Shown here: piece after piece, positions 22,806 through 33,639 of the stretch
How the letters are laid out: each line of letters opens with the position of its first letter
Position numbering within the stretch: position 1 is the stretch's first letter
NCBI RefSeq assembly: GCF_006345805.1
Contig: NW_021829904.1
Location: 1 to 34,924, forward strand
DNA: 34,924 nucleotides
Reading direction: 5' to 3'
Source: Octopus sinensis
Lineage: Eukaryota
Program-made: the position numbers and the translations under genes
The notes under the pieces: generated by a model
Databases searched by the model: none
What the model was told of the DNA's origin: nothing
What the model saw: the letters and a program-made list of their open reading frames with translations, nothing else

Positions 22806-23178
22806 ACTCTTTTACTTGTTTCAGTCATTTGACTACGGCCATGCTGGAGCACCGCCTTTAGTCGAGCAAATCGACCCCGTAAGTCCAGTACTTACTCTAT
22901 CGGTTCTTTTTTGCCCAACCGTTAAGTTACAGGGACAGAAACACACCAGCATCGGGGGACAAACACAGACACACAACATATACACACAACACATACATAT
23001 ATATATACATATATACGACAGGCTTCTTTCAGTTTCCGTCTACCAAATCCACTCACAAGGCATTGGTCAGCCCGGGGCTATAGCAGAAGACACTTGCACA
23101 AATGCCACGCAGTGGGACTGAACCCGGAACCATGTGGTTGGTAAGCAAGCTACTTATCACACAGCCACTCCTGCGCCT
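22801..23178 (-). mobile_element. CORE-type SINE (family A)
   Basis: Near full-length match to 10990-11408. Confidence 0.9.
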
Positions 23179-23313
23179 CTGGCAAAAGTGAGTAATCCTG
23201 CGGCGGATCGACGTCCCATCCAGTAGGGGAATATTTACGCCACAGAAACCGGGAACGTGGCCTTTATGAGTCGGCATGACTCAAGAAGGTAACTTTTATT
23301 TTACAACACTGAC

Positions 23314-23410
23314 CTTCCGCACACTGGTGGTCCGGAACCGCTTATAATCCGCACTAATTTACGAGTAGGAATTTCGAATTCCCGTAGCCGCCAGACTAGT
23401 TTACTGGTAC
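23314..23410 (-). CDS. Candidate exon (TSKLVWRLREFEIPTRKLVRIISGSGPPVCG)
   Basis: tacaag| acceptor, AG|gtcagt donor; phase 1 entry matches the upstream exon; GC-richer open frame. Confidence 0.65.
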
Positions 23411-23514
23411 CTTGTATAGTACAGTATTCACGAACTTTTTATCATTTATACTAATGTACAGGTATCTGTATTTCATTTAATCATGTAAGTAAATTTAATA
23501 GTTGCTTAATTTAA

Positions 23515-23850
23515 GACGGCGTGCTGGCAGAATTATTGGCACGTCAGGTGAAAGACTTAACAACAGATTTTGTCCGTCTTCACGATCTGAGTTCAAATTC
23601 CACCGACGTCGACTTTCCCTTTTCCTCCCTTCGCTTTCGGGTCGATAAGATAAGTACCATTAAGGCGGCGAGCTGGCAGAAACGTTAGCACGCCGGACGA
23701 AATGCTCAGCGGCATTTCGTCCGTTTTCACCTTCCTAGTTCAAATTCCGCCGAGGTTGAATTTGTCTTTCATCCTTTCGGAGTCGATAAAATAAGTACCA
23801 GTTGAACATTTCTCCTGAAATTACTGGCCTTTTGCAAAAAATTTGAAATC
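23515..23850 (+). mobile_element. Two adjacent family B SINE copies
   Basis: Heads at ~23516 and 23663 with GAGTTCAAATTCC/TAGTTCAAATTCC and Meta-like domain. Confidence 0.8.
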
Positions 23851-23967
23851 AATATTTGTTTAATTTAGTGTGTGTAAACCAAGGTGAAAGTACTCGTTTC
23901 GGAAAAATCCTTAATTCGGAAAGGCTTTCGAATCGAACTTTCCGGAACATCGATGTTGTACCTGTAC

Positions 23968-24061
23968 CTTTATATACATTCCGAGGTGACACCATTGTTA
24001 GTACGTCGGACAAAATGATTAGCTGCATATCTTTCGGCTTTTTACGTTCTATTTTCAAATC
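23968..24061 (-). CDS. Candidate exon (DLKIERKKPKDMQLIILSDVLTMVSPRNVYK); tandem in-frame donor at 23962
   Basis: tttttcctcgttag| acceptor, AAG|gtacag or CAG|gtacaa donor, single open frame, phase 0 to 1. Confidence 0.7.
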
Positions 24062-24215
24062 CTAACGAGGAAAAATTTGCCTTTCATTCCTTCGGTATCA
24101 ATAAAATAAAATACCAGTCATGTACTGGGATCGATGTAATCAATTAACAAGATCATTAATTCCTGGGAATTACTACCTCGTCTCTTACGATTCATAGCGC
24201 AAGCTATCTGGATTC

Positions 24216-24862
24216 CAGGGCCGTCGCTAAGCCCCTGCAAGTCCTGCGGCTGCAGAGGAGCCTGCGCAGTTGAGGGACCCCATTTTAAGATCAAAGTACG
24301 TAGATCAGTCACCTATTTACTTTGGTTAAGAAGTTGAACAAAAATTAAACTCTCTTTGTTATTTCAAGAAATAAGAATGGTAATACACTGTACTTGTAAA
24401 AATATTACATTGTACCACGAACGTCTACCAGATTTTGTGGATTGTCTGAGAGTAAGACAGACTAACAAACAGATAAGTAAACATAGGTAGACATACGTAA
24501 AAAGGTATTTCTATGTATCTTGTGTACCAGATTTTGTGGATTGTCTGAGAGTAAAACAAGCTCTCAGCTTGATTATTCTTAGCAGATTGATGATTTCACG
24601 GAAGGCTGCCTGGATTATAAAAGTGCTCTTTTATTCATATCTGGAAGTTTTACTTATTGAAATTTGTAATAGACCTAAATAAGTTTAACTTGTACTTTTA
24701 AAGATGTTCTTTAGGATAGGGTGAAATATTGAACTTCAGATAGAATAAAGTAAAACATAGTTATGAATAAATGGAGCGTAGATTATGAATTTCGCTTGAA
24801 GGATGGGGCTTCAAAACAAAACAAAATTACAGGGAGCCTCTAAAGGCCACGTGACAGAGCTG
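24216..24862. mobile_element. Old hAT-type MITE
   Basis: Termini CAGGGCCGTC / GACAGAGCTG; degenerate 8-bp TSD CTGGATTC / TTGGTTTC. Confidence 0.55.
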
Positions 24863-24869
24863 TTGGTTT

Positions 24870-25060
24870 CCATGGCACCATAGTAGTTACTACACCTGAA
24901 CACCATGGCAGCCATTAACAGAGTTGCTCATTTACAGTTGAGTGGAGTGGAGCAACGAAAGTTGAAAGGTTTTTTCTCAAGAACACAATGTTTGGTGCGG
25001 GAACCAGAATTACGATCTTGCAATCGTGAATGCATCCCTCTAATTACTGAGCAATGCGCC
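24870..25060 (-). mobile_element. Diverged tRNA SINE fragment
   Basis: Similar to the family C head and CORE region (compare 28520-28620). Confidence 0.5.
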
Positions 25061-25107
25061 TCGAAAACTTGCTTTGTGCCAAAGATTGAAATCTTTATAT
25101 ATATATA

Positions 25108-25408
25108 CTAGCACTATGGCCCAGCAACGCCGGGTCATAGTGCTAGTGCATACATATACAGCTACGTGCGTGTGCACAAACACGCGAGTACTGTCCAAAT
25201 CTCCGACCAATCACATACAGCTAGGTGGCATTCAATTGGCGTATCAAGTTTCGGGCATTTTGATTGGGTTTTGGATAGGAAATTCACAAGAAAGTCACTT
25301 CTATTGATTTTTTTAATGTAAAGATGTGTACGACCACCCTTATACGATTTTGAATGACCATAGAAAGTGCGAGCCCTCTAACTGAAAAATTATGGATTTG
25401 TATAAAGG

Positions 25409-25455
<47 letters not shown>

Positions 25456-25479
25456 TTTTGTCGTTTATATATATAGAGA
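25108..25479 (-). mobile_element. Non-autonomous Helitron
   Basis: Minus strand A|TCTCTATATATATAAA..(TG)n..hairpin..CTAG|T; same 3' terminus family as 18485-19368. Confidence 0.8.
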
Positions 25480-25571
25480 TAATCCCAGATTTCTGCCAGT
25501 GTTTGTCTCAACAGGGTAACGGCTCAACAGGGTAACTATAAATCCATTAGTCTTACTTTGTTACTTCTATA

Positions 25572-25710
25572 CAGGCTCTGGCATGGCTGTGTGGTTTAAG
25601 AAGTACGCTTTGAAATCACATGGTTTCAATTTCCGTTCCAATGCGCGGCACCTTAAACGAAGAATGTCTTGAGTGAATTTGGTAGACGAAAACTGCGTGG
25701 AAGTCCGTTG

Positions 25711-25805
<95 letters not shown>

Positions 25806-25844
25806 TTCTCAGTCTGTTTGTCTATCTATCTATTTCTCAGTCTG

Positions 25845-25925
<81 letters not shown>

Positions 25926-26145
25926 TTGTGCGTCTTTGTGTCTATGCTTGTCGCTACGCACTTCTCGGCAACCATTGTTGGTTCGTTTACGTTCTTTTGA
26001 ATTAGCAGTTCAACAAATGACTTTGATAGAATAAGCACCAAACTTCACCCCCCCCCCAAAAAAAAACATACCGGGATCGATCTCTTCGGCTAAAATCCGT
26101 TCTAGACGGTGCCCCAGCATGGCCGCAATCCAGTGACTGAAGATG
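25572..26145 (+). mobile_element. SINE family A, diverged, with expanded internal (TATC)n (25711-25925)
   Basis: Head GGCTGTGTGGTT, TTTGGTAGACGAAAACTG, tail CGGTGCCCCAGCATGGCCGCA. Confidence 0.8.
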
Positions 26146-26286
26146 AAGATGATACTGCTATCACTTCCAACTCTCCCTATTCCTCTCGTCTCCGTTTCCA
26201 CGCAAAGCAGAGTGAGTTGCTTGATAGTTTCGTATCTTGTCTATAAACGCAACAAAATCGCTGAAGGCAAAATACGAACGACTGAC

Positions 26287-26309
26287 CTTTTTGCTGATAA
26301 TCCGGTCAC
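26287..26309 (-). CDS. Candidate 23-nt microexon (DRIISKK)
   Basis: gtgtttag|..AAG|gtcagt; phase 1 to 0. Confidence 0.35.
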
Positions 26310-26873
26310 CTAAACACTGCACCACCATCAGCAAACTCGTCACAGATACATAGAAATACCCGTTTATGTATGTCCACCTATGTTTACTTATCTGTTTGTT
26401 AGTCTGTCTTACTCTCTACAAGACACCACTAGTTCGGATTTAGAAGGCAGCAGACCGTGAGACGGAATTCAATTCATATATGAAATTCTGTTTGTTTATA
26501 TTTTTTTTGCAGGTTTTTTTCTTTTTTGTTTCTTTATTATTTTGTCTTTTTTTTTGCAAGAATCGCTGGCTCTCGATAAACTCAAACAAATACAGTTTCC
26601 GCCATTTTCACAATACAATCCATTAAATATCCCCCCTCTCTCTCTCTCTATTTCTCTCAGACTCTCTCACTTTCTAGTTCTCCTCTCTTTCTCCCTCCTC
26701 CCCGTCTCTCTCCCTCCAACTCTCCCCGTCTCCCCCCCACCAAACTGTTGAATTTGTCAGTTTGTTGATTAGTGAAGTGGACAACGACTGTGATAATTCG
26801 TTTCAATAAATCGTCTGAGAGATTTTATTCCAAGTTTCTAGTTTCTAATCTGACAATTGAATGAAATGGTTAC

Positions 26874-26894
26874 CTTGTATTCTATGGAACCAGA
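26874..26894 (-). CDS. Candidate 21-nt microexon (SGSIEYK, or WFHRIQ in phase 1)
   Basis: cttcccgttttcatag|TCTGGTTCCATAGAATACAAG|gtaacc. Confidence 0.55.
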
Positions 26895-27109
26895 CTATGA
26901 AAACGGGAAGTTTAGTCTACACAAAGTGTATCCGGATTAAAGTTACGTTTGGCTGGACTCATTCCTCTCCAAGCTATATTCATGAGATTATTATTATTAT
27001 TATTCAGCTGCGTTGGACAGATAAAGTTTTAAATCCAGGCAATATTTGGTTTAGTAGTATAAAGAGGTAAAGACTCCGGTCGGTCATGAATGACCATGGG
27101 ATTGCTCTA

Positions 27110-27600
27110 TAATGTGTACTATGTTTACAAAGAATAAGTCCTGGGATCGATTTGTGCGACTAAAGACGGTGCTCCAGCATGGCCGCAGTCAAATGACTGA
27201 AACAAGTAAGAGAATAAAAGAATATATGTGTATATGTGTGTATATGTGTCTGTGTGTATGTGAGTGTCTTTGTCCTCACAACGCTAAAGAATCGGTTTTG
27301 GTTGGTTCACGTCTCAATAAGACAGTGGTTAGGAAAAGACATCGATGGAAATAAGTATCATTATTAGAAGAAATAAATTGTGTGGTATATTTGTTGGCGA
27401 AGGAAAACAATACGCACACCACCCGTTTTCGGCGTAACAAAAATCCTAACCCTAACCCTAAATCCAAACCCGAACCCAAACCCTAAACACCGGGTGTACG
27501 TATTCTTTACTTTCGCCGATTTGTCCAATCAAAAACTTTCAGGACGATAAACCAGCACGGCTGCAGTCCAATGACTTAATCAAGTAAAAATAAATGATTA
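27110..27600 (+). mobile_element. SINE family A 3' fragments (two), the second interrupted by a MITE
   Basis: Tail GGTGCTCCAGCATGGCCGCAGTCAAATGACTGAAACAAG. Confidence 0.75.
27396..27517. mobile_element. Merlin-like MITE with telomere-like (CCCTAA)n core
   Basis: TIRs GGCGAAGGAAAACAATACGCACACC / GGTGTACGTATTCTTTACTTTCGCC; 8-bp TSD-like TATTTGTT / GATTTGTC. Confidence 0.6.
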
Positions 27601-27605
27601 AAAAA

Positions 27606-28145
27606 ATAAGGAGAGTACAGGAGGCGATCGAAAAAGCGAGCTTCTATATATGGCTGAAGCGGGAAGACCAAAAATGGCTTGAAAGTCATAACATGCCGGC
27701 AGGAAAATAACATCACTAGGTGAGACAAGCTGACACTGAATTAGCTTCGCTGATTGACAGGCGACGGTCTCGTTTAGAGAATGCGTGGGCTAAGACTACG
27801 CGCCTTCATCGGTCAGTTAAAGTTGAGACAGTGTCACGTGACAACTTGCTGAGGCTGCCTGCTGGAGCCTAGGAACAGGTATTTAAAGGGAAAAACTCGT
27901 TGACGCTACATCGAAGAGTCCAGGAAACAGAAGAAAGAAGAAAGACATGCACCCAACACCAGAGCTGAAGACACCTCCAAAAGTGGGGGGGGGGCGCCAC
28001 GTCAAAACGGTAGAGGAGTAGGGGCCGAAACAGGACTTGGTTCCTCCTGATGATGTCTTGAGCTAACTGAATCCTATAAAGGACCTATTGTGGTAGCAGA
28101 CCACGAAACACGGTTGAAATTCCTTAGGAACAATTCAACGTTAAT
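27606..28145 (+). mobile_element. 3' fragment of HERO-like (restriction-like endonuclease) non-LTR retrotransposon
   Basis: 27606-27710 encodes IRRVQEAIEKASFYIWLKREDQKW, resembling the HERO C-terminal AEKxSFWLWLRR motif; followed by a GC-richer 3' UTR. Confidence 0.6.
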
Positions 28146-28318
28146 ATGACAAATTGAGGGAGTCATCAGAGTGGTTGATGGATTGCTTTACAATAACCGT
28201 TCCGGTTTTATTCGCACTGAGTTCTTAACATTGTGAAGTCAGCTTTGACTCAAAGTTATGCCCCAGCATGGCCACAGTCCAATGACTGAAACAAATAAGT
28301 TGTAAAGGATAAAAGATA

Positions 28319-28620
28319 ACTGGCACACTGTCGGTTACGACGAAGAGTGTTTCAGTAGATTTGATCAACGGAACAGCCTGATCATGAAATTAATGTGCAA
28401 GTGGCTGTGTATTCCACGGACACATGTATTCTTAACGCAGTTCTCGGGGAGATTCAGCATGAAACAGAATGTAACATGGCTGGCCATCTGAATTACTGGC
28501 ACTATTCATTTTTGCCAGCTGAGTAGACTGGAACAACATGAAATAAAGTGACTTGCTCAAAAGACATAATGCGGCGGCGAGATTCGAACTCATGACCTAA
28601 CAATCGTGAGCTGGATACCC
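28319..28620 (-). mobile_element. tRNA SINE (family C)
   Basis: Reverse-complement B box GAGTTCGAATC; body matches 31261-31822. Confidence 0.75.
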
Positions 28621-28625
28621 CGAAA

Positions 28626-29060
28626 GACCAAGCCACGCTATGAAGGGCGACGAGCTGGCAGAAAAGTTAGCGTGCCGGGCGAAATTCTTAGCGGTATTTC
28701 GTCTGCCGCTACGTTCTGAGTTCAAATTCCGCCGAGGTTGACTTTGCCTTTCATCCTTTCGGGGTCGATAAATAAAGTACCAGTTACACATTGGGGTCGA
28801 TACAATCGACTTAATCCTTTTGTCTGTCCTTGTTTGTCCCCTCTATGTTTAGCCCTCTGTGGGTAGTAAAGAAATAGGTATTTCGTCTGTCGTTACGTTC
28901 TGAGTTCAAACTCCGCCCGGGTCGACTTTGCCTTTCATCCTTTCGGGGCCGATGAATAAAGTATCGGTTTCGCACTAGGGGTCGATGTAATCGACTTAAT
29001 CCCTTTCTTTGTCCTTGTTTGTTCCCTCTATGTTTAGCCCCTTGTGGGTAGTAAAGAAAT
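28626..29060 (+). mobile_element. Family B SINE dimer (full unit plus 5'-truncated unit)
   Basis: Second unit restarts at GTATTTCGTCTG after AAAGAAATAG. Confidence 0.85.
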
Positions 29061-29829
29061 ATATATCTTGTACTATGATACTGACAAAGTACAGTATCAT
29101 ATCTAATGAGAAAGGTAGCAAAATTATTATATCTACCTTTAGCCATATTTCTCTTCCAGAATTAAATAAAATTTCTATATTAAACTTTCCAATCTGTATT
29201 ATATTTTCTTTCTAGTTCATAAATTTTCAAGACTCCGCTTAATTAATATTTGATTCGGCGCCAATCATATTTACATAAATTTGCATATTTATCTGACACT
29301 GCTATTAATGTCTTTGATCAGTAATTTAAGCTTCGATAGACAGAAACCGCAGCTTCGGCAAGACGCACTCGCACATATGCATACATATGCACACATACAC
29401 GTATGCAAATATATAGCCGCGTGTGTGTGCATGTGTGTGTGTGTGTGCTAGTGTGTCTGTGTGTGTGTGTTTGGACAGTGGTATAAACGATATAGACCTA
29501 TAAAATAAAACGAACTTTTAATTCACTCGCAGCTTTTGTATTCATCTAAACAAAAACGTTCTGTTTAAGTAATGTAAATATATATTTACGGCTGAATATT
29601 TATTCTTGTATCATTTAAAAATCATAAAGGTACAATAAAAAGAAATTTATAAACGCATAAATACATACATACATACGTACGTACATACATACATTTACGT
29701 TTATCTATATTGGACTACCTGCGAAACCAGCAGGGTGACATCATTCGAAAGCTAAAACAATGTGAAGTGCATTGTGACCAGCGGTGTATAACAACATCCG
29801 AGAGTTTGGTCGATCATGTGATAACGTGA

Positions 29830-29847
29830 TATATGCATATATATATG

Positions 29848-29884
<37 letters not shown>

Positions 29885-29901
29885 ATCTGTCTATCTATCT
29901 G

Positions 29902-29953
<52 letters not shown>

Positions 29954-29989
29954 CCTATCTATCTATCTATCTATCTGTCTATCTATCTA

Positions 29990-30028
<39 letters not shown>

Positions 30029-30034
30029 ATATAT

Positions 30035-30085
<51 letters not shown>
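29830..30085. repeat. Compound TA/TG/TATC/CT microsatellite
   Basis: Seen directly. Confidence 0.95.
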
Positions 30086-30087
<2 letters not shown>

Positions 30088-30534
30088 GCAGAAATACGCG
30101 GCGTTGTAAATGTAAAATCGCCGTCCAGATTACGCAAGTCTCAACTTCTAGTATTTGAGATACCAAATTTCTCCACTAACAACTCTCCAACCCATGCTAG
30201 CATGGAACATAGACGTTAAGTGAAATGTTAAAAGAAAGTTTTCAACTTATATATATGTCTATAATGTAAATACACGAAATTCAAAAACACGTTTTGTGTA
30301 GCTTATTCCGTAACCAAAAGACAATAATTCTGTCAACAGCAAAAGAACACAAAACGTCGCAAAAGTAAATAAGAAATTTGTAGGCGAATTTAACGAGGTA
30401 TGCAAATTGAAGTGAAATTTATACAGTTACTTCTGTCAGTAAATTATGTATGAAATTATTTTCATCAGTAATTGTGAATTTGTGTTTATCATTAATTTAT
30501 TGTTGTCGTTTGTAAATAATGATTGAAAACTTAC

Positions 30535-30578
30535 AGTGGAAACAATAACGATTGAACTTAAAGTGAAAACAATAACGT
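30535..30578 (-). CDS. Weak candidate exon, hydrophobic (VIVFTLSSIVIVST), possible signal peptide core
   Basis: ttttcagttttcag| acceptor and |gtaagt donor; phase 0 exit fits SGSIEYK; lies in low-complexity sequence. Confidence 0.25.
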
Positions 30579-30794
30579 CTGAAAACTGAAAACAATAGAA
30601 GTGAAAGCAATAGAGAGTGAGTGAGATATAGAGAGAGGGGAAAGAGAGCTAGCTAGTTAGACAAATAAGATGGATATAGACAGAGAAGATATAAACATAT
30701 ATCTTCTCTGATATATGTTTATATATATCAGAGAGATATAGAGATAGAGATGGATTGCAGAAAAAAATTTGCAGAAAAAAATCATTTAAAAAAT

Positions 30795-31075
30795 TTCTTT
30801 CAGTAATTTGATTGCGGCCATGCTGGGGGTACTGCCTTGAATAATTTGTAGTTAAATGAACTGACCCCATTATTTATTTTTTTAAAGCCTGGTATTCACT
30901 CTATTGGGTTATTGTGCGGAACCGCTACGTTACGGGGTCGCAAATACCCCAGCACCCATTGTGAAGCAGTGGTTGAAACACACACACCAAAGGCACACAC
31001 ACATACACACACACACACACAGGTATATATATATATATAACGGGCTTACCACAGAGTCACGCCTGTGACAGGCAC
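30795..31075 (-). mobile_element. SINE family A with internal deletion
   Basis: Tail and middle homology to family A. Confidence 0.7.
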
Positions 31076-31260
31076 AGGTGTGACTTCTATATTTAAAATT
31101 TTTTTTAAACCCGTAAAGGGAGGTATAATAGATAGTTTAACACTGTCTAGGATGTTTATCACCGGTGACTCCCACGGTACAGAATATAATATTCGTTCAC
31201 AGTGTGTGAGTCATCAGCGATACACATGCTATAAATGAATGTGGTAGTTTATATAGTTTT

Positions 31261-31822
31261 GGAGGTGCAATGGCCCAGTGGGTAGGACCGCGGACTTGCG
31301 GTCGTAGGATCACGGCTTCGATTCCCAGATCGGGTATTTCTCTCACTCTTTCTTCCTGTTTCTTTTATGTCACGCTGAATCTCCCTTAGAACTATATTAA
31401 GGGCACACGTGTCTGTGGAGTGCTCAACCACTTACACGTTAATTTCACGAGCAGTCTGTTCCGTTGATCGAATCGACCAGAACCTTCGTCGTCGCAACCG
31501 ACAGAGTGCCACGAGTTGATATAGTGAACTGGAACATACGAGTATGTCTAGTTGAAATCTTGTGGCTTAGTGGCATAATGTCCTTGAGCGAGTCACTTTA
31601 TTTTTCGTTGCGCAGTCCATTCAGCTGCTAAAAATGAATTGTACCTGTATTTCAAAGGGACATCCTTGTCGCATTCTATGTCATTCTGAATCTGACTCAG
31701 AATTATATTAAGGGTACACCTGAGTGTAGAATGTTCAGACACTTGTACGTTAATTTCACTAGCAGGGTGTTCTGTTGATCGGATCAACTGGAACCCACGT
31801 CATCCTAACCGACAGGGTGCCA
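31261..31822 (+). mobile_element. Two family C tRNA SINE copies (31261-31515, ~31560-31822)
   Basis: A box TGGCCCAGTGG, B-box-like TTCGATTCC; shared tail ..AACCGACAGAGTGCCA. Confidence 0.75.
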
Positions 31823-32439
31823 GTTCAATTTTTAAAATAGGGTTTTAAAAAAATGGAAATAAAATGCTTAATTTATAATATGATTAAACTGCTGGTACAA
31901 AAGAAAATATGGCGCAAAATGGGTTCAGAAAGTAAAGTGTTAATACATTTTAAGGTCCCGTTTCATGACAGACTCCATACCAAACACACAATGTTCCTTC
32001 ATTTATCAATATTACAGCAAATATGGAATTGAAGGCATGACTGAATGAACCAATTGCATTCAATGTTTCATCAAAGAATATCTATAGAAATCACCTATAA
32101 TCAATGTGGGTGATTGATTTCCTCTGAATAATCTGATCTGATTTTTCCTGTATTTTTATATCAAAATTTCATAAATTATTAAATATAGAAAATATAACAC
32201 CAATTTATGGTATCGTCAATATGTATAAACAAATGTACTGATATTGCAAATTGTTCGCTGCACCGGATATCAGAAATGGATTTTATTATTGGAACATCAG
32301 TGATATTTAAATTATAAATTGACTTTATCATTCATACAAGCTAATGTAAAATACTGGTTTGGACTAAACCATTATTGCAATAACAATTTGCTTTATAATG
32401 GGCTAAACCATTATTGTCATATAATCGTGCACTAACGAA

Positions 32440-33245
32440 TGGTGCATGGCGTGGTGGTTTGGGTGTTGCATTCACGATGGCGAGATTGTGTATTTGAGCA
32501 AAATATTGGGTTGTCCGGAAAGTTCGTGTCAATTTATAGTAGCTTACCTTTCGACTTATTTTAGAACATGGTTGAGTTCATAAAATAGGATTTGACTACA
32601 CCTCCATTTAGAGCACAATGTATGCTATCTTTTCGTGGAAGAAGGTTTATGTTCCTATAAAACCTGTTAATTCTGTAACCCTTTAAAATGGAAGATAAGA
32701 AAGTTCATTTGCGGCACTTGATGCTTTGGGAACCGGACAAAAATTGCTACAGCTCGGCTGGGATGTGTTTCCTCACCCTCCATATTCACCAGATATTGCC
32801 CCTTCGGATTTCCACTTATTCAGGTCTCTGCAGAATAGTCTTAATGGTAAAAATTTCAATTCCTTGGTTGACTTAATAATATACCTTGATGAATTCTTTG
32901 CCATGAAACCACCTCAATTCTGGGAAGAGGGTATTTTCAAGTTAAAAGAAAGATGGAGGCGCATTGTGCAACAAAATAGTTCATATTTGGTTGATTAAAA
33001 ATGTAATGGCAAGTATTTATTGACCCTTTTCTTTCCTTTAAAAATCGGCACGAACTTTCTGGACAACCCAATACTTCATTTCACATTTTTCAGCGATCAC
33101 GTCGACGTCTGTGTCAGTTTGAATGAGGCAGTGAGCTAATGTACTGCATAAAGATTTGATCATTATAAACAAATCATCCGTGCAGGTTGATCAGCAAGGA
33201 ATAGCAACACCCCATCTGTCGTCTACTACAGGAGAGTCCATTACA
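32440..33245 (+). mobile_element. tRNA SINE split by a mariner insertion
   Basis: TTGAGCAAAA-TA|mariner|TA-CTTCATTTCAC rejoins to a sequence like 17444-17470. Confidence 0.6.
32506..33071 (+). mobile_element. Internally deleted mariner element with both TIRs and TA TSD
   Basis: TIRs TTGGGTTGTCCGGAAAGTTCGTG / CACGAACTTTCTGGACAACCCAA; N-terminal MEDKKVHLRHLML joined to LGWDVFPHPPYSPDIAPSDFHLFRSLQN. Confidence 0.95.
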
Positions 33246-33294
33246 TAAAGCCCAGTCCATTATGTAATGAACTGAACTTATTAAAATTATAACA

Positions 33295-33500
33295 ATTTAT
33301 TTCTTTATTGCCCACAAGGGACTAAACATACAGGGGACAAACAACGAAAGACAAGGGGATTAAGTCAATTACATCGACCCCAGCGCGTAACTGGTACTTA
33401 ATTTATCGACTCCGAAAGGATGAAAGGTAAAGTCGACCTCGGTGGAATTTATAACTCAGAACGTAACGGCAGACAAAGTACGGCTACGCATTTCTCCCAG
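33295..33500 (-). mobile_element. Family B SINE, 5'-truncated
   Basis: Reverse complement of the Meta-like domain and tail. Confidence 0.8.
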
Positions 33501-33639
33501 CGTGGTGCCTTTTATTAAAATTATAACAATTTGCCAATTTACAGGCATTTCAGTGTTCAAATTTCAAAGTTTCCTCTCTCTTGATCCGTATTTCAGTTTG
33601 TTTGCCTGTCCATCTCTAGCTTCTCCAAAATATTTTGTC

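Noticed and set aside
23314-24061. RhoGEF-type PH domain assignment from KKPKDMQLIILSDVL and FRCESLRDRH..W
   Set aside because: Short motif similarity only; no DH exons found and candidate intervening exons break the spacing
27443-27487. True telomere or chromosome-fusion scar
   Set aside because: Few degenerate units, enclosed by TIRs of a MITE
29137-29193. Exon IGKFNIEILFNSGREIWLK
   Set aside because: Acceptable donor but purine-rich acceptor; symmetric phase gives no independent support
1435-30410. Scattered octamer motifs ATGCAAAT
   Set aside because: Expected by chance in AT-rich DNA; no clustering with promoter features
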